Shown piece by piece: positions 9,636 through 18,537 of a DNA stretch of 64,000 bases. Each line of letters begins with the position of its first letter. Position 1 is the first letter of the stretch. The stretch is taken from positions 13,968-77,967 of the forward strand of contig JAHFIQ010000003.1 of the NCBI GenBank assembly GCA_023246355.1, in the 5' to 3' direction. A model generated the notes under the pieces. It was not told where the DNA came from and made no database searches. It saw nothing but the letters and a program-made list of their open reading frames with translations. The DNA comes from Candidatus Uhrbacteria bacterium. Lineage in GTDB: Bacteria; Patescibacteriota; Patescibacteriia; UBA9934; GWF2-40-263. The translations under genes were made by a program, and so were the position numbers.

Positions 9636-10310
9636 ATGCCTACCCTCTACGTTATTGGAACTCCCATCGGGAATCTACAGGACCTCAGTGAGCGTGCAAA
9701 AACGACTCTCGCGTCTGTTGATGTTGTTCTGTGTGAGGACACCCGTGTGACCTCAAAATTATTGAGTGCCTTTGATATCCATGTTCCGACTCTGTCGTAT
9801 CACCAACACTCAGGCGCATTCAAGACAGAGAAAATTATTGCGCTGCTTGAAGGTGAAAAAAACCTTGCCCTTGTGACAGATGCTGGCACGCCGGGAATCT
9901 CTGATCCTGGTGGAAGAATTGTGGAAGAACTCGTTGAACATTTTGGCGAGGAGCTCACGATCACACCCATTCCTGGTGCATGCGCCGCTGTGACAGCGCT
10001 GTCGATTGCTGGCGTTCCTGCGGATGAGTTTGTGTTTCTCGGATTTCCTCCGCATAAGCGAGGACGGCAGTCTTTTTTTGAACGCATCTTTTTGACACAC
10101 TCAACCGTGGTATTTTACGAGAGCACACACCGAATTCTGAAAACGCTTGGCGAGCTCGCCACAAGAATGCCAGATCGCAAACTCGTTGTCTGCCGCGAAC
10201 TCACCAAAATGTATGAAACGATTTATCGCGGTACGGCTTCTGAGGTGACAGCCAAGCTTGAATCCAGTAGCATCAAGGGAGAATTTGTCATCGTTGTATC
10301 GCCCCTATGA
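9636..10310 (+). CDS. rsmI: 16S rRNA (cytidine1402-2'-O)-methyltransferase
   Basis: N-terminus MPTLYVIGTPIGNLQDLSERA and tetrapyrrole-methylase-like fold motifs (ALVTDAGTPGISDPG). Confidence 0.85.
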   Translation: MPTLYVIGTPIGNLQDLSERAKTTLASVDVVLCEDTRVTSKLLSAFDIHVPTLSYHQHSGAFKTEKIIALLEGEKNLALVTDAGTPGISDPGGRIVEELVEHFGEELTITPIPGACAAVTALSIAGVPADEFVFLGFPPHKRGRQSFFERIFLTHSTVVFYESTHRILKTLGELATRMPDRKLVVCRELTKMYETIYRGTASEVTAKLESSSIKGEFVIVVSPL

Positions 10311-11743
10311 ACCGTTCCTACATCACCACCACGCTTCCCTACGTCAACGCCAAACCACATATTGGTTTTGCCCTTGAGATTGTGCAAGCAGATGTGCTGG
10401 CTCGTGTGTTTCGTTTGAAAGGGTCAGAAGTGATTTTTAATACCGGGACGGACGAACACGGACAAAAAATTTACGAACGTGCGGTCGCCGAAGGAAAAGA
10501 TCCTCAGACCTATGTGGACGAGTATGCAGCGAAATTTGATGCACTCAAATCCGCGTTGAATCTCAGCTACACACATTTCATCCGCACCAGCGATCCCGCA
10601 CACAAAAAAGCGGCTCAGGAATTTTGGACACGTTGTGAAACGCAAGGCGACATTTACAAGAGTCGGTACCAGGTGAAGTACTGCGTGGGGTGTGAACTCG
10701 AAAAAACAGAATCAGAACTTGTGGACGGACATTGTTCGGTTCACCCAAACATGATTCTCGAGTTGCGCGATGAGGAGAATTATTTTTTTCGATGGTCCAA
10801 GTATCAAGAGAAGCTGCTGGCTCTGTACAAGCAGCGTCCTGACTTTGTTGTCCCAGAGCATCGTCTGAAGGAGATCCGTACGTTTGTGGAAGGAGGGTTG
10901 AATGACTTCAGCATCTCACGACTCAAAGAAAAAATGCCGTGGGGGGTGAGCGTGCCAGGGGATGAAGATCATGTGATGTACGTCTGGTTTGATGCGCTCG
11001 TCAATTATATTTCCACGCTCGGTTGGCCGGATGAGAGTGGCGAGTTTGCTTTTTGGCCAGGCGTGCAAGTTGCCGGCAAAGATAATTTGCGTCAGCAGTC
11101 CGCGATGTGGCAGGCCATGCTGATGTCGGCCGGCGTGGAGCCATCAAAACAGATTTTTATTCATGGTTTTATCACCTCTGATGGACAGAAGATGAGCAAG
11201 AGTCTTGGAAATGTGGTGGATCCATTTGAACTGGCGACCGAGTACGGGACAGACGCACTTCGGTATTATTTACTTCGAGAGATTCCGTCAAGTGAAGACG
11301 GCGACTTCTCCCGTGCGCGCATGGAAGAGCGCTATGCAGAGCTGGCAAATCAGCTGGGCAATCTTGTGAGTCGCGTGGCAGCCATGGCGGTCAAGTATTT
11401 TGATGGCAACCTCGATGAAGTGAAGATGGACTGGATGCCTCTCTATCAAAAACTTGGTGCTGCGATCGAGCAGTATGATTTCAAATCGTACCTCGATCAA
11501 GTGTTTGAGGTGGTCGCACAGGCAAATGATCTGGTGGACAAAAAATCTCCCTTCAAACTTGTGAAGGAAGACGAAGCGGCCGCGAAGGCTGTTCTCTCAC
11601 AGCTCTCTGTGATGATCCGTTTCGTCGGCCAAGCGCTTGCCCCGTTTCTTCCACAGACGAGCGAGGAAATTCTCCGTCGCTATGGTAAAGTTGTACTAGT
11701 AGGTGAATCACTTTTTCCCCGTCGCGACTCCTCGTCCACCTAA
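10307..11743 (+). CDS. metG: methionyl-tRNA synthetase (short form, no C-terminal tRNA-binding extension)
   Basis: HIGH-type motif (PYVNAKPHIGFALE), KMSKS, Zn-knuckle CVGCE...C. 4-nt overlap with rsmI. Confidence 0.9.
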   Translation: MNRSYITTTLPYVNAKPHIGFALEIVQADVLARVFRLKGSEVIFNTGTDEHGQKIYERAVAEGKDPQTYVDEYAAKFDALKSALNLSYTHFIRTSDPAHKKAAQEFWTRCETQGDIYKSRYQVKYCVGCELEKTESELVDGHCSVHPNMILELRDEENYFFRWSKYQEKLLALYKQRPDFVVPEHRLKEIRTFVEGGLNDFSISRLKEKMPWGVSVPGDEDHVMYVWFDALVNYISTLGWPDESGEFAFWPGVQVAGKDNLRQQSAMWQAMLMSAGVEPSKQIFIHGFITSDGQKMSKSLGNVVDPFELATEYGTDALRYYLLREIPSSEDGDFSRARMEERYAELANQLGNLVSRVAAMAVKYFDGNLDEVKMDWMPLYQKLGAAIEQYDFKSYLDQVFEVVAQANDLVDKKSPFKLVKEDEAAAKAVLSQLSVMIRFVGQALAPFLPQTSEEILRRYGKVVLVGESLFPRRDSSST

Positions 11744-11772
11744 TCTCCCTTCGCCATCTTTTCCACCTCACT

Positions 11773-12276
11773 ATGGGCTTTATTGATGTCGTCCTCATCG
11801 TGATTGTTGGCGCGTTTGTCTTCTTCGGTCTGTTCTTCGGACTCGTGCACACGATTGGATCCTTGCTTGGCACGATCTTGGGAATTGTAGTTGCCAGTCA
11901 CTTTGTCGAACCGACGTTTGATGCATTCGGGTTTTTGCTTGGTGGCGGAAGCGCGGCGCGGATTATCATTTTTATTGTCTTGTTCCTGGTCGTCTCTCGA
12001 CTCTTTGGTGTACTGCTATGGTTTGTGGAGAAAATTTTTGGATTTTTTTCCATCATTCCCTTTGCCGGAACGATCAATCATCTCCTGGGCGCAGCGCTCG
12101 GTCTTCTCGAAGGCATCATCGTGGTGGGCGTGGTGCTGTTCTACGCCATGCAAGTCTTACCAGAGGACACGTTGCTCGCTGCGCTTGATTCCTCTCTTGT
12201 GGCGAACTTTCTCATGGCAACGGTCAGTGCGCTGCAGATTTTGTTCCCTGAGGCTCTCCGTGCAACGACAACCTAA
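11773..12276 (+). CDS. cvpA: CvpA family membrane protein
   Basis: 167 aa, 4 TM; N-terminal IDVVLIVIVGAFVFFG pattern characteristic of CvpA. Confidence 0.65.
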   Translation: MGFIDVVLIVIVGAFVFFGLFFGLVHTIGSLLGTILGIVVASHFVEPTFDAFGFLLGGGSAARIIIFIVLFLVVSRLFGVLLWFVEKIFGFFSIIPFAGTINHLLGAALGLLEGIIVVGVVLFYAMQVLPEDTLLAALDSSLVANFLMATVSALQILFPEALRATTT

Positions 12277-12297
12277 AACCTACCCCCTACAACCTCC

Positions 12298-13140
12298 ATG
12301 AAATTCATCGACTCCCATTGTCATGTCCACTTCCGTGCCTACGACGGGGACATGGACACTGTCATCAAACAAACCCTGGAGGCAGGGGTTTTTATGATTA
12401 CGGTTGGCACGCAGAAAGACACGTCACGCATGGGACTTGAAGTCGCCGAGCGCTACGATGGTGTGTGGGCGACGGTCGGCCTTCATCCAAATCATTTAAC
12501 CAAGCAAGAATTTTTTGATGAGGATGAACTCGATCCCGTGAAGACTCGGGAGGAAACATTCGATATGAACATTTACCGAGAACTCGCCAAGCATCCAAAA
12601 TGTGTGGCGATAGGGGAGTGTGGACTCGACTACTACCGGATTCCCGAAGGCATTGACGTCGAGATGGTCAAAGAGAAACAGCGTGCAACCGTGCGGGCGC
12701 ACTTTGATCTTGCCACTGAGTTGAATCTTCCGGTGTCGATTCATTGTCGTGATGCCTACGGTGAGCAAGCACAGATGATTCGTGAGTATACAGAGTTTGG
12801 GAAGCTTGAGCGCCGAGGCGTGATCCACTGCTTCACAGGAACAGAATCTGAGGCGCGTGCGTTTATTGATTTGGGATTTTTTATTTCGTTCAGTGGCATT
12901 GTGACGTTTGGGAAAAATTTACAAGAAGTCGCTCGTGCTCTGCCTCTTGAAAAGCTCCTCATCGAAACGGATGCGCCGTATCTGACACCAGCGCCTGACC
13001 GTGGAAAACGCAATGAGCCATGGAGAGTAAAGTATGTGGCAGAAAAGATTGCTGAGTTGAAGGGGGTGAGTGTCGAAGAAGTTGCACGAGTCACAACAGA
13101 GAATGCGGAACGTTTGTTCCTTCTACAACCTACTCCCTAA
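12298..13140 (+). CDS. tatD: TatD family metal-dependent DNase/hydrolase
   Basis: MKFIDSHCHVHF N-terminus and conserved His/Glu/Asp residues of the TatD TIM-barrel. Confidence 0.85.
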   Translation: MKFIDSHCHVHFRAYDGDMDTVIKQTLEAGVFMITVGTQKDTSRMGLEVAERYDGVWATVGLHPNHLTKQEFFDEDELDPVKTREETFDMNIYRELAKHPKCVAIGECGLDYYRIPEGIDVEMVKEKQRATVRAHFDLATELNLPVSIHCRDAYGEQAQMIREYTEFGKLERRGVIHCFTGTESEARAFIDLGFFISFSGIVTFGKNLQEVARALPLEKLLIETDAPYLTPAPDRGKRNEPWRVKYVAEKIAELKGVSVEEVARVTTENAERLFLLQPTP

Positions 13141-13164
13141 AACCTACCTCCTCCCAAAATTAAT

Positions 13165-13190
13165 AGCGCCCTGAGAGGGGCGCTTTCGTT
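13165..13190. terminator. bidirectional hairpin between convergent tatD (+) and the high-GC gene (-)
   Basis: AGCGCCC-TGAGA-GGGCGCT perfect 7-bp stem followed by TTTCGTTTCGC. On the other strand the stem is preceded by an A-rich run. Confidence 0.5.
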
Positions 13191-13193
13191 TCG

Positions 13194-14852
13194 CTATGCC
13201 GTGGCTTCGCTACCGGCGGGCTTGGCCTTCTTGCCGCGAGGCTGACGCTTCCGCGGGGGAAGCTTGAGCTTGCCGGGTTCGGCTGCTCCGGCGGCCTCGG
13301 GCTGACTCGGCGGCGGTGCGGGCTCTTCGCTGCCTCCACCTTCCTCGCCACCTTGCGGCGGCTCGGCGGGCTTGGGCAGTTCCAGTCCCTGCGACCTCGC
13401 GAGTTCCATGAGCAGGTCCTTGCGGACCTCACGCAGAACCCAGCAGTCCCAGGCCCAGATTGCCAGACCCAGGGTCTGCACCGTGGTCTTCTTCATGATC
13501 CACGCCGCGAGAGGACATTCACCCTCGTTCTGGCGCATGGCCTTTTGCAGACGTTCCGGGGTCTTTTCACCCTCGAGGATTTCGGCGAGTGCCGGCCGGT
13601 CATGGGCATCCGTTCCTGCGATGCCCAGCGCGTGCACGATGTCGTGGCGCGCTTCGTTCACCTGATCGCGGATCCTCTCTCGGACCAGCCGTCCCATACC
13701 CTGGAGCGTATTCCTGGCCACCTCTTCGGTGGTGCCAGGGACCAACCAGCCGGTGCCGATCATGTACTCGATCGGCGGCTGCCTGATCGCCCTGCCCACG
13801 AGCGAGCCGCCGGAACCCGGATGCACGTCGTAGAGGCTCACGCCCAGGAGCGCCAGGGCGTCCATCTTGACCTCGCCCATGTCCAGCTCGTGCATCTCCA
13901 GCTTGCCAACCTCTCCGGGCAGACCCCAGACCTTGAGGGTGACCACGTTCCACCTCTCCTCGACGAGGAAGAGCTGGTCAGCCGGCACCTTCGCAGCCGT
14001 GAAGATGATGGCAGGGCTCTGCTTGGCGAGCTGCGCAACCTTGCCTCCGAGGCGAGCGACGATCGTGTAGTCGAACTTGTTGGGGTCGCTCCCTCGCGAC
14101 TTGTAGACCGGGAGCTGTCCCTTCATGGACTCAGGTCCCTGCGGCGCGAGCTGCAGGTATTCCACGGCCCGTCCGATGTTGTTTGCGATCGGCGTGACCG
14201 CCTGCCAGGCGTTCCTGGGATCCTGGGCGGCCATGCGGGCCACGACCGTGTTCCAGCGACCGATCGTTTCCACCCGGGCTAGGCCCAGGGGAATGGCACG
14301 GACGCGTCCGTTTTCGATCCCGGTGAAGGGGTCGAAGTCGCGGATGAAGATGCACAGCATCGGCTCGCCCGCACGGATCGCTCCGGTCGTCTGATCGATC
14401 GTCACGTACTCGATGAGCGATCCCAGGCCGTTGGTGACGCGCAAGGGCCGCACTTCGACGTTGAGGCGCTCGGAGGGATTCTCTGGATTGGGAAGTTCGG
14501 TCCTTCCTGCGATCACCAGATCGTAGTCGGGGACCATCTGGTACTTGGGCTTCCCATCCTCACCCAGGACCGGAGCATCACCATCCATCTCCTGTTCGAC
14601 GGTCCAGCCCACGCGTTGAGCCTCGCCACCGAAAGCGACGTGAGCCACGAAGGGGACACCTTCGATGACTTCGCCCTTGCCGTTGACGGACCAGACCGTG
14701 CACTCTTCGATGAACTTGCAACGCTCGGAGAAGGAGAGCTTCTTTCCTCCACGGACGCGATCGTTCATCATCCTGGCGGCCAGGCGGATGAGATCCGTGT
14801 AGATGGCGGCGAGTGCCGGCACGCGCTCGGGAAGAACCAGTTGAGTTGACAT
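13194..14852 (-). CDS. uncharacterised 552-aa protein in a high-GC island, with Gly/Pro/Lys-rich C-terminal tail
   Basis: Long ORF. Start placed at ATG rc 14850-14852 (MSTQLVLPERVP...) rather than track end 14963. Stop is TAG rc at 13194-13196. GC visibly about 65-70%. No Walker or other catalytic motif recognised. Tail PQGGEEGGGSEEPAPPPSQPEAAG...KRQPRGKKAKPAG. Confidence 0.5.
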   Translation of the reverse strand: MSTQLVLPERVPALAAIYTDLIRLAARMMNDRVRGGKKLSFSERCKFIEECTVWSVNGKGEVIEGVPFVAHVAFGGEAQRVGWTVEQEMDGDAPVLGEDGKPKYQMVPDYDLVIAGRTELPNPENPSERLNVEVRPLRVTNGLGSLIEYVTIDQTTGAIRAGEPMLCIFIRDFDPFTGIENGRVRAIPLGLARVETIGRWNTVVARMAAQDPRNAWQAVTPIANNIGRAVEYLQLAPQGPESMKGQLPVYKSRGSDPNKFDYTIVARLGGKVAQLAKQSPAIIFTAAKVPADQLFLVEERWNVVTLKVWGLPGEVGKLEMHELDMGEVKMDALALLGVSLYDVHPGSGGSLVGRAIRQPPIEYMIGTGWLVPGTTEEVARNTLQGMGRLVRERIRDQVNEARHDIVHALGIAGTDAHDRPALAEILEGEKTPERLQKAMRQNEGECPLAAWIMKKTTVQTLGLAIWAWDCWVLREVRKDLLMELARSQGLELPKPAEPPQGGEEGGGSEEPAPPPSQPEAAGAAEPGKLKLPPRKRQPRGKKAKPAGSEATA

Positions 14853-15064
14853 GGCAGTTGCTCCTGCTCTGGTTGAGAAACACTGGCGGCTCGCCCGGCC
14901 GAAAAGATTATCGGCCGGGAAATGCCAGAGGCGAACACTACCAGCCAGACTCTCAAATGTCAATGATCGTTGGTTTCAGTTGATGATCAGTGACAATTTC
15001 AAATAAAAACCATGTTTTTTGCGTCAAACTCGCTTGACAAAGTCGATGATTTAGCCTAGGGTCG

Positions 15065-16078
15065 TTGTCTGGAGGACTCATGAAAAAGTTCGAAGGCTGG
15101 ACGGCATTGTTTAGCCTGAAGCACAAGAAAGGTGTGAATTTCGAGGAGGCCCTGGCAGCCATTGCCGGTGACAAAGAACCCGACGCAGATGCTGACGCAG
15201 CCTTCGATGATGCCACACGTGACAGGATCCAAGACTTCCTCATGGACCAAGATGCGTTCATGAAGACGAACGCATCTGACAAGCGTCTGCCGCAGTGGAC
15301 GAAACTCACTGCGAGCATTCAAGGCGCTCCTGCACCAGCAGCCAAGAAAGCTGCAGCCCCCAAAGCAGCAGCACCAAAGCCTGCACCAGCCGCGAAGAAG
15401 CCTCCCGCTCCCGTCCAACCAGCGCCCCCACTGGCTGCGTCGACTGCTCCTGCCCCAGCTCCACCAGCACCAGCAGCAACACTGGTCCTGCCGACACGAC
15501 AATCTGCTCAACCTGTGAGCGCCAATGCTCTTGTGGCAGCTGCCAGAGCAGCGGCTCCTCCAGCACCACCAGCGTTTCAAGGATTTGGTGGCAGGGTGGA
15601 ACCACCCGATGATGGTCACGGTCGTGAAGATCGTGGCGATCGTGACAGAGGTCGAGGCCGTGATCGTGGAAACCGCGGTGAGGATGATGCTCGGAAGCAG
15701 CAAGATGAGACAGCGCGGCTTGCCAAGGAGGAAGAGGTCCGCAGGGCAGCGTTTGTGAGAGCGCACACGCCGCCAGCGGAACACGTTGCTCTTTTGCACC
15801 TTCCTCTCTACGTTCTGTGTCGAGAGAGCTATTCAGAGGTGTGCGTGAAAGCGCGCAGTTCTGATTCAGCGATTCGTGCACAGGGAGAGGCACAGTTGAA
15901 AACAAGCCTGACACTCCTGCACGGATGGCGAGACGGAAAGTCTGGCCCTGAAAAAGCGGCCATTGCCCGTCACATCCTTCGGCTCATCGACGAGCTTGCA
16001 AACAGGCGTGATCTCACGGATCCCACGTGGTTCATTTGCAACTTCGTCACAGGGAAGTGGGAAGACGCTCCCACCTAG
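15065..16078 (+). CDS. uncharacterised protein with histone-H1/AlgP-like KAAAP/PAP repeat region and an RG/RD-rich segment (high-GC island)
   Basis: 337-aa ORF divergent from 13194-14852. Alternative start MKKFEGW at 15080. Low-complexity AAKKAAAPKAAAPKPAPAAKKPPAP then RGDRDRGRGRDRGNRGEDD. Structured N- and C-terminal domains, family unknown. Confidence 0.45.
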   Translation: MSGGLMKKFEGWTALFSLKHKKGVNFEEALAAIAGDKEPDADADAAFDDATRDRIQDFLMDQDAFMKTNASDKRLPQWTKLTASIQGAPAPAAKKAAAPKAAAPKPAPAAKKPPAPVQPAPPLAASTAPAPAPPAPAATLVLPTRQSAQPVSANALVAAARAAAPPAPPAFQGFGGRVEPPDDGHGREDRGDRDRGRGRDRGNRGEDDARKQQDETARLAKEEEVRRAAFVRAHTPPAEHVALLHLPLYVLCRESYSEVCVKARSSDSAIRAQGEAQLKTSLTLLHGWRDGKSGPEKAAIARHILRLIDELANRRDLTDPTWFICNFVTGKWEDAPT

Positions 16079-16096
16079 AACCCTGACAACGGCCTG

Positions 16097-16135
16097 CCCC
16101 GTATCACTACTTGTTGTGATACGGGGTTTTCATTT
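16097..16135 (+). terminator. intrinsic terminator after the high-GC gene
   Basis: CCCCGTATCAC-TACTTGTT-GTGATACGGGG perfect 11-bp stem followed by TTTTCATTT. Confidence 0.6.
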
Positions 16136-16163
16136 GTGGACAATTTTTAAAACTCCATTGACC

Positions 16164-16445
16164 ATGCCAGCGATTTCCCGTATACTGTCCGCGCCTTTGA
16201 TTTCTATTATGGCATCTGACGCACGTTACTACCGCCTGGCCATGAGAATCTTCGCTGATTTCAGCGGCACCATTGCGATCCCTGCAGTCCTTTCGGCTCT
16301 TGCAGGGAAGTGGTTTGATGAAAAATACGGCACAGAGCCACGGTATCTGATTCTGTTGCTTACCTTGGCGCTTATTCTCACGGCGGTGATCGTTGTGCGC
16401 AAGGCAAAAAAATACAGGGTCCAATATGAGGCTCTCATGAAATAA
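16164..16445 (+). CDS. ATP synthase protein I-like small membrane protein (AtpZ/AtpI)
   Basis: 93-aa two-helix hydrophobic protein directly upstream of atpB. Start at ATG 16164. The N-terminal 67 codons of track ORF 15963-16445 overlap the upstream gene in another frame and are rejected. Confidence 0.5.
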   Translation: MPAISRILSAPLISIMASDARYYRLAMRIFADFSGTIAIPAVLSALAGKWFDEKYGTEPRYLILLLTLALILTAVIVVRKAKKYRVQYEALMK

Positions 16446-16447
16446 GT

Positions 16448-17290
16448 ATGTCCTTGATGATTCCTCCAGCTGCGGCTGAACCACTCTTTTACCTCGGCAC
16501 GTTTCCCATCACCAACGCGATGATCAATGCTTGGATCGCTGTGGTGTTTTTTGTTTGTGTGGCTTTTGTAGCACGTCGTCGTGTGGGTCTCGTACCAAAA
16601 GGCATTCACAATGTCATCGAAGCCGCGATTGACTTCATGCTCACAGAAACACAGAAGGTCACAGGCGACATGAAGCGCGCCAAACAATTTTTGCCGATCG
16701 TGGGAACGATTTTTCTCTTCGTGCTTTTTTCCAACTGGTTGGGACTGTTGCCTGGAACAGGGTCTATCGGCATTTGGGCACAGCATGAAGGTGCGATTGA
16801 GCTTATTCCACTTTTACGACCTGCGGCCAGTGACTTGAATCTCACCCTTGCCATGGCCCTCTTTGCTGTGGTCGCCTCTCACCTGATTGGCATCATGGCC
16901 GTTGGTCCTGTCGCTCATGTGAGCAAGTTCGTAAATATTCGTGGAATTTTCCGTTCGCTCAAGAAAGGCCCCATGGCCATTGTTGTGGCTTTAATCGAAT
17001 TTGCCGTCGGCTTGCTTGAAATCGTATCTGAAATCGCCAAGGTCCTCTCGCTCTCTTTGCGATTGTTCGGTAATATCTTTGCCGGAGAGGTGCTCTTAAC
17101 CGTCATGCTGGGGATCCTTGCGTACGCTCTGCCAATACCCTTCATGTTTCTCGAGCTTCTCGTGGGTATCATCCAGGCCACGGTCTTTGCCATGTTGACG
17201 CTTGCCTACCTCACTGTTGCGACACAGAGTCATGACGAGCATGAGGAAGATCACGAACCTCGACATGCACCTGCACCCTCTATCACCTAA
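16448..17290 (+). CDS. atpB: F0F1 ATP synthase subunit a
   Basis: Conserved Arg-containing helix (LSLRLFGNIFAGEVLL). Confidence 0.9.
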   Translation: MSLMIPPAAAEPLFYLGTFPITNAMINAWIAVVFFVCVAFVARRRVGLVPKGIHNVIEAAIDFMLTETQKVTGDMKRAKQFLPIVGTIFLFVLFSNWLGLLPGTGSIGIWAQHEGAIELIPLLRPAASDLNLTLAMALFAVVASHLIGIMAVGPVAHVSKFVNIRGIFRSLKKGPMAIVVALIEFAVGLLEIVSEIAKVLSLSLRLFGNIFAGEVLLTVMLGILAYALPIPFMFLELLVGIIQATVFAMLTLAYLTVATQSHDEHEEDHEPRHAPAPSIT

Positions 17291-17308
17291 TCTACCTTAT
17301 CCACCTAA

Positions 17309-17539
<231 letters not shown>

Positions 17540-17614
17540 GGTAGACGGTAGACAGTAGACGGTTGACAATCTCCATGATTTCCCGTCTGCAGTTTACTGT
17601 TTACCGACTCAACT

Positions 17615-18151
17615 ATGTCACAAGAAGTACAACTTGCTGCAGAGGCAACAGAGGCCGCAGGCGGCATTGGAACGCTCGGCATCAATCTGAAAATTTTTTT
17701 GGCTCAGCTTTTTAATTTTGCCATCGTGCTCGTGGTCTTGTGGAAGTGGGCGTACAAGCCCATTGTGAAATTGCTCGAAGAGCGACAAGCAAAAATTGAG
17801 AACAGCGTGAAGCAAGCCGGTGAGATTGAAAAGCGCGTGGTTGAGATTGAAAAAGAACAACAGGCAACCATCGCTGCTGCCAAGAATGACGCAGCAAAAA
17901 TTCTTGACGAGGTGCGCACAACCGCAGACGACCGCAAAAGAGTTTTGCTGGAAAAAGCAAAAGAGGAAGTGAAGGCCGTTGTCGCGCAAGGAAAAGTGCA
18001 GCTTCAGGCTGAGAAGGATCAGATGATCCGCGATGCCAGAGAAGAAATTGCCAAGATCGCTGTCGAGGCCGCGAGAAAGATTTTGAATGAAACGGTTGAC
18101 GAGAAGAAAGCGCAAAAAATGGCAGAAGCTGTTGTGGAGAAAATGGTATGA
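17615..18151 (+). CDS. atpF: F0F1 ATP synthase subunit b
   Basis: N-terminal TM helix then long charged coiled coil. Operon position. Confidence 0.8.
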   Translation: MSQEVQLAAEATEAAGGIGTLGINLKIFLAQLFNFAIVLVVLWKWAYKPIVKLLEERQAKIENSVKQAGEIEKRVVEIEKEQQATIAAAKNDAAKILDEVRTTADDRKRVLLEKAKEEVKAVVAQGKVQLQAEKDQMIRDAREEIAKIAVEAARKILNETVDEKKAQKMAEAVVEKMV

Positions 18152-18534
18152 AGAAAAATGAAAATGCACTCGCACGTGTTCTGGTTGAGTCTCTCGATGG
18201 TGCAGATGAAAAAACCGTTAAAGCCGTGGCAGACGATTTAGTTCACGAACTCGGGGCGCGGCGAGAAACACATCGGCTGCGAGGACTCGTCGATGCCCTT
18301 GATGGGGCCTGGGCACAGCGACACGGAGCTGCGACCATCACGATCGAGACAGCGTATCCACTTTCTGGGGCGCTCAGAAAAAAGATCGAGAAGATGGCTG
18401 AGGGAGCGGAACTTCGAGAACGTGTCACCCCAGAGTTGATTGGTGGGGCGCGACTGAGGGTCGATGAGAAAATTATTGAAGGGACCATTTCCGGTCAGCT
18501 TGAACACCTATCCCGAGTTCTCGCGGATGTATAA
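18148..18534 (+). CDS. atpH: F0F1 ATP synthase subunit delta (short, 128 aa)
   Basis: Position between atpF and atpA, OSCP-like C-terminal pattern. Shorter than canonical delta. Confidence 0.65.
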   Translation: MKKNENALARVLVESLDGADEKTVKAVADDLVHELGARRETHRLRGLVDALDGAWAQRHGAATITIETAYPLSGALRKKIEKMAEGAELRERVTPELIGGARLRVDEKIIEGTISGQLEHLSRVLADV

Positions 18535-18537
18535 CCT

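Noticed and set aside
13353-14956. Numerous 60-300-aa ORFs on the plus strand and alternative frames inside 13194-14963 (e.g. 13353-14282, 13600-13953, 14131-14355)
   Set aside because: Typical stop-codon-poor shadow ORFs in high-GC DNA. Arg/Pro/Gly-rich translations; mutually overlapping. The single long minus-strand frame is the only coherent one.
15330-15560. Low-complexity nucleotide repeats (GCAGCACCAAAGCCTGCACCAGCC...) considered as a tandem-repeat/VNTR or CRISPR-like array
   Set aside because: They are in-frame coding for the KAAAP/PAP low-complexity tail of the 337-aa protein. Period is irregular, not spacer-repeat architecture.
15963-16163. N-terminal 67 codons of track ORF 15963-16445 (would overlap the high-GC gene 15065-16078)
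   Set aside because: Different frame from the high-GC gene; GC-driven open frame; spans a strong terminator (16097-16135). The conserved AtpZ-like part begins at ATG 16164.
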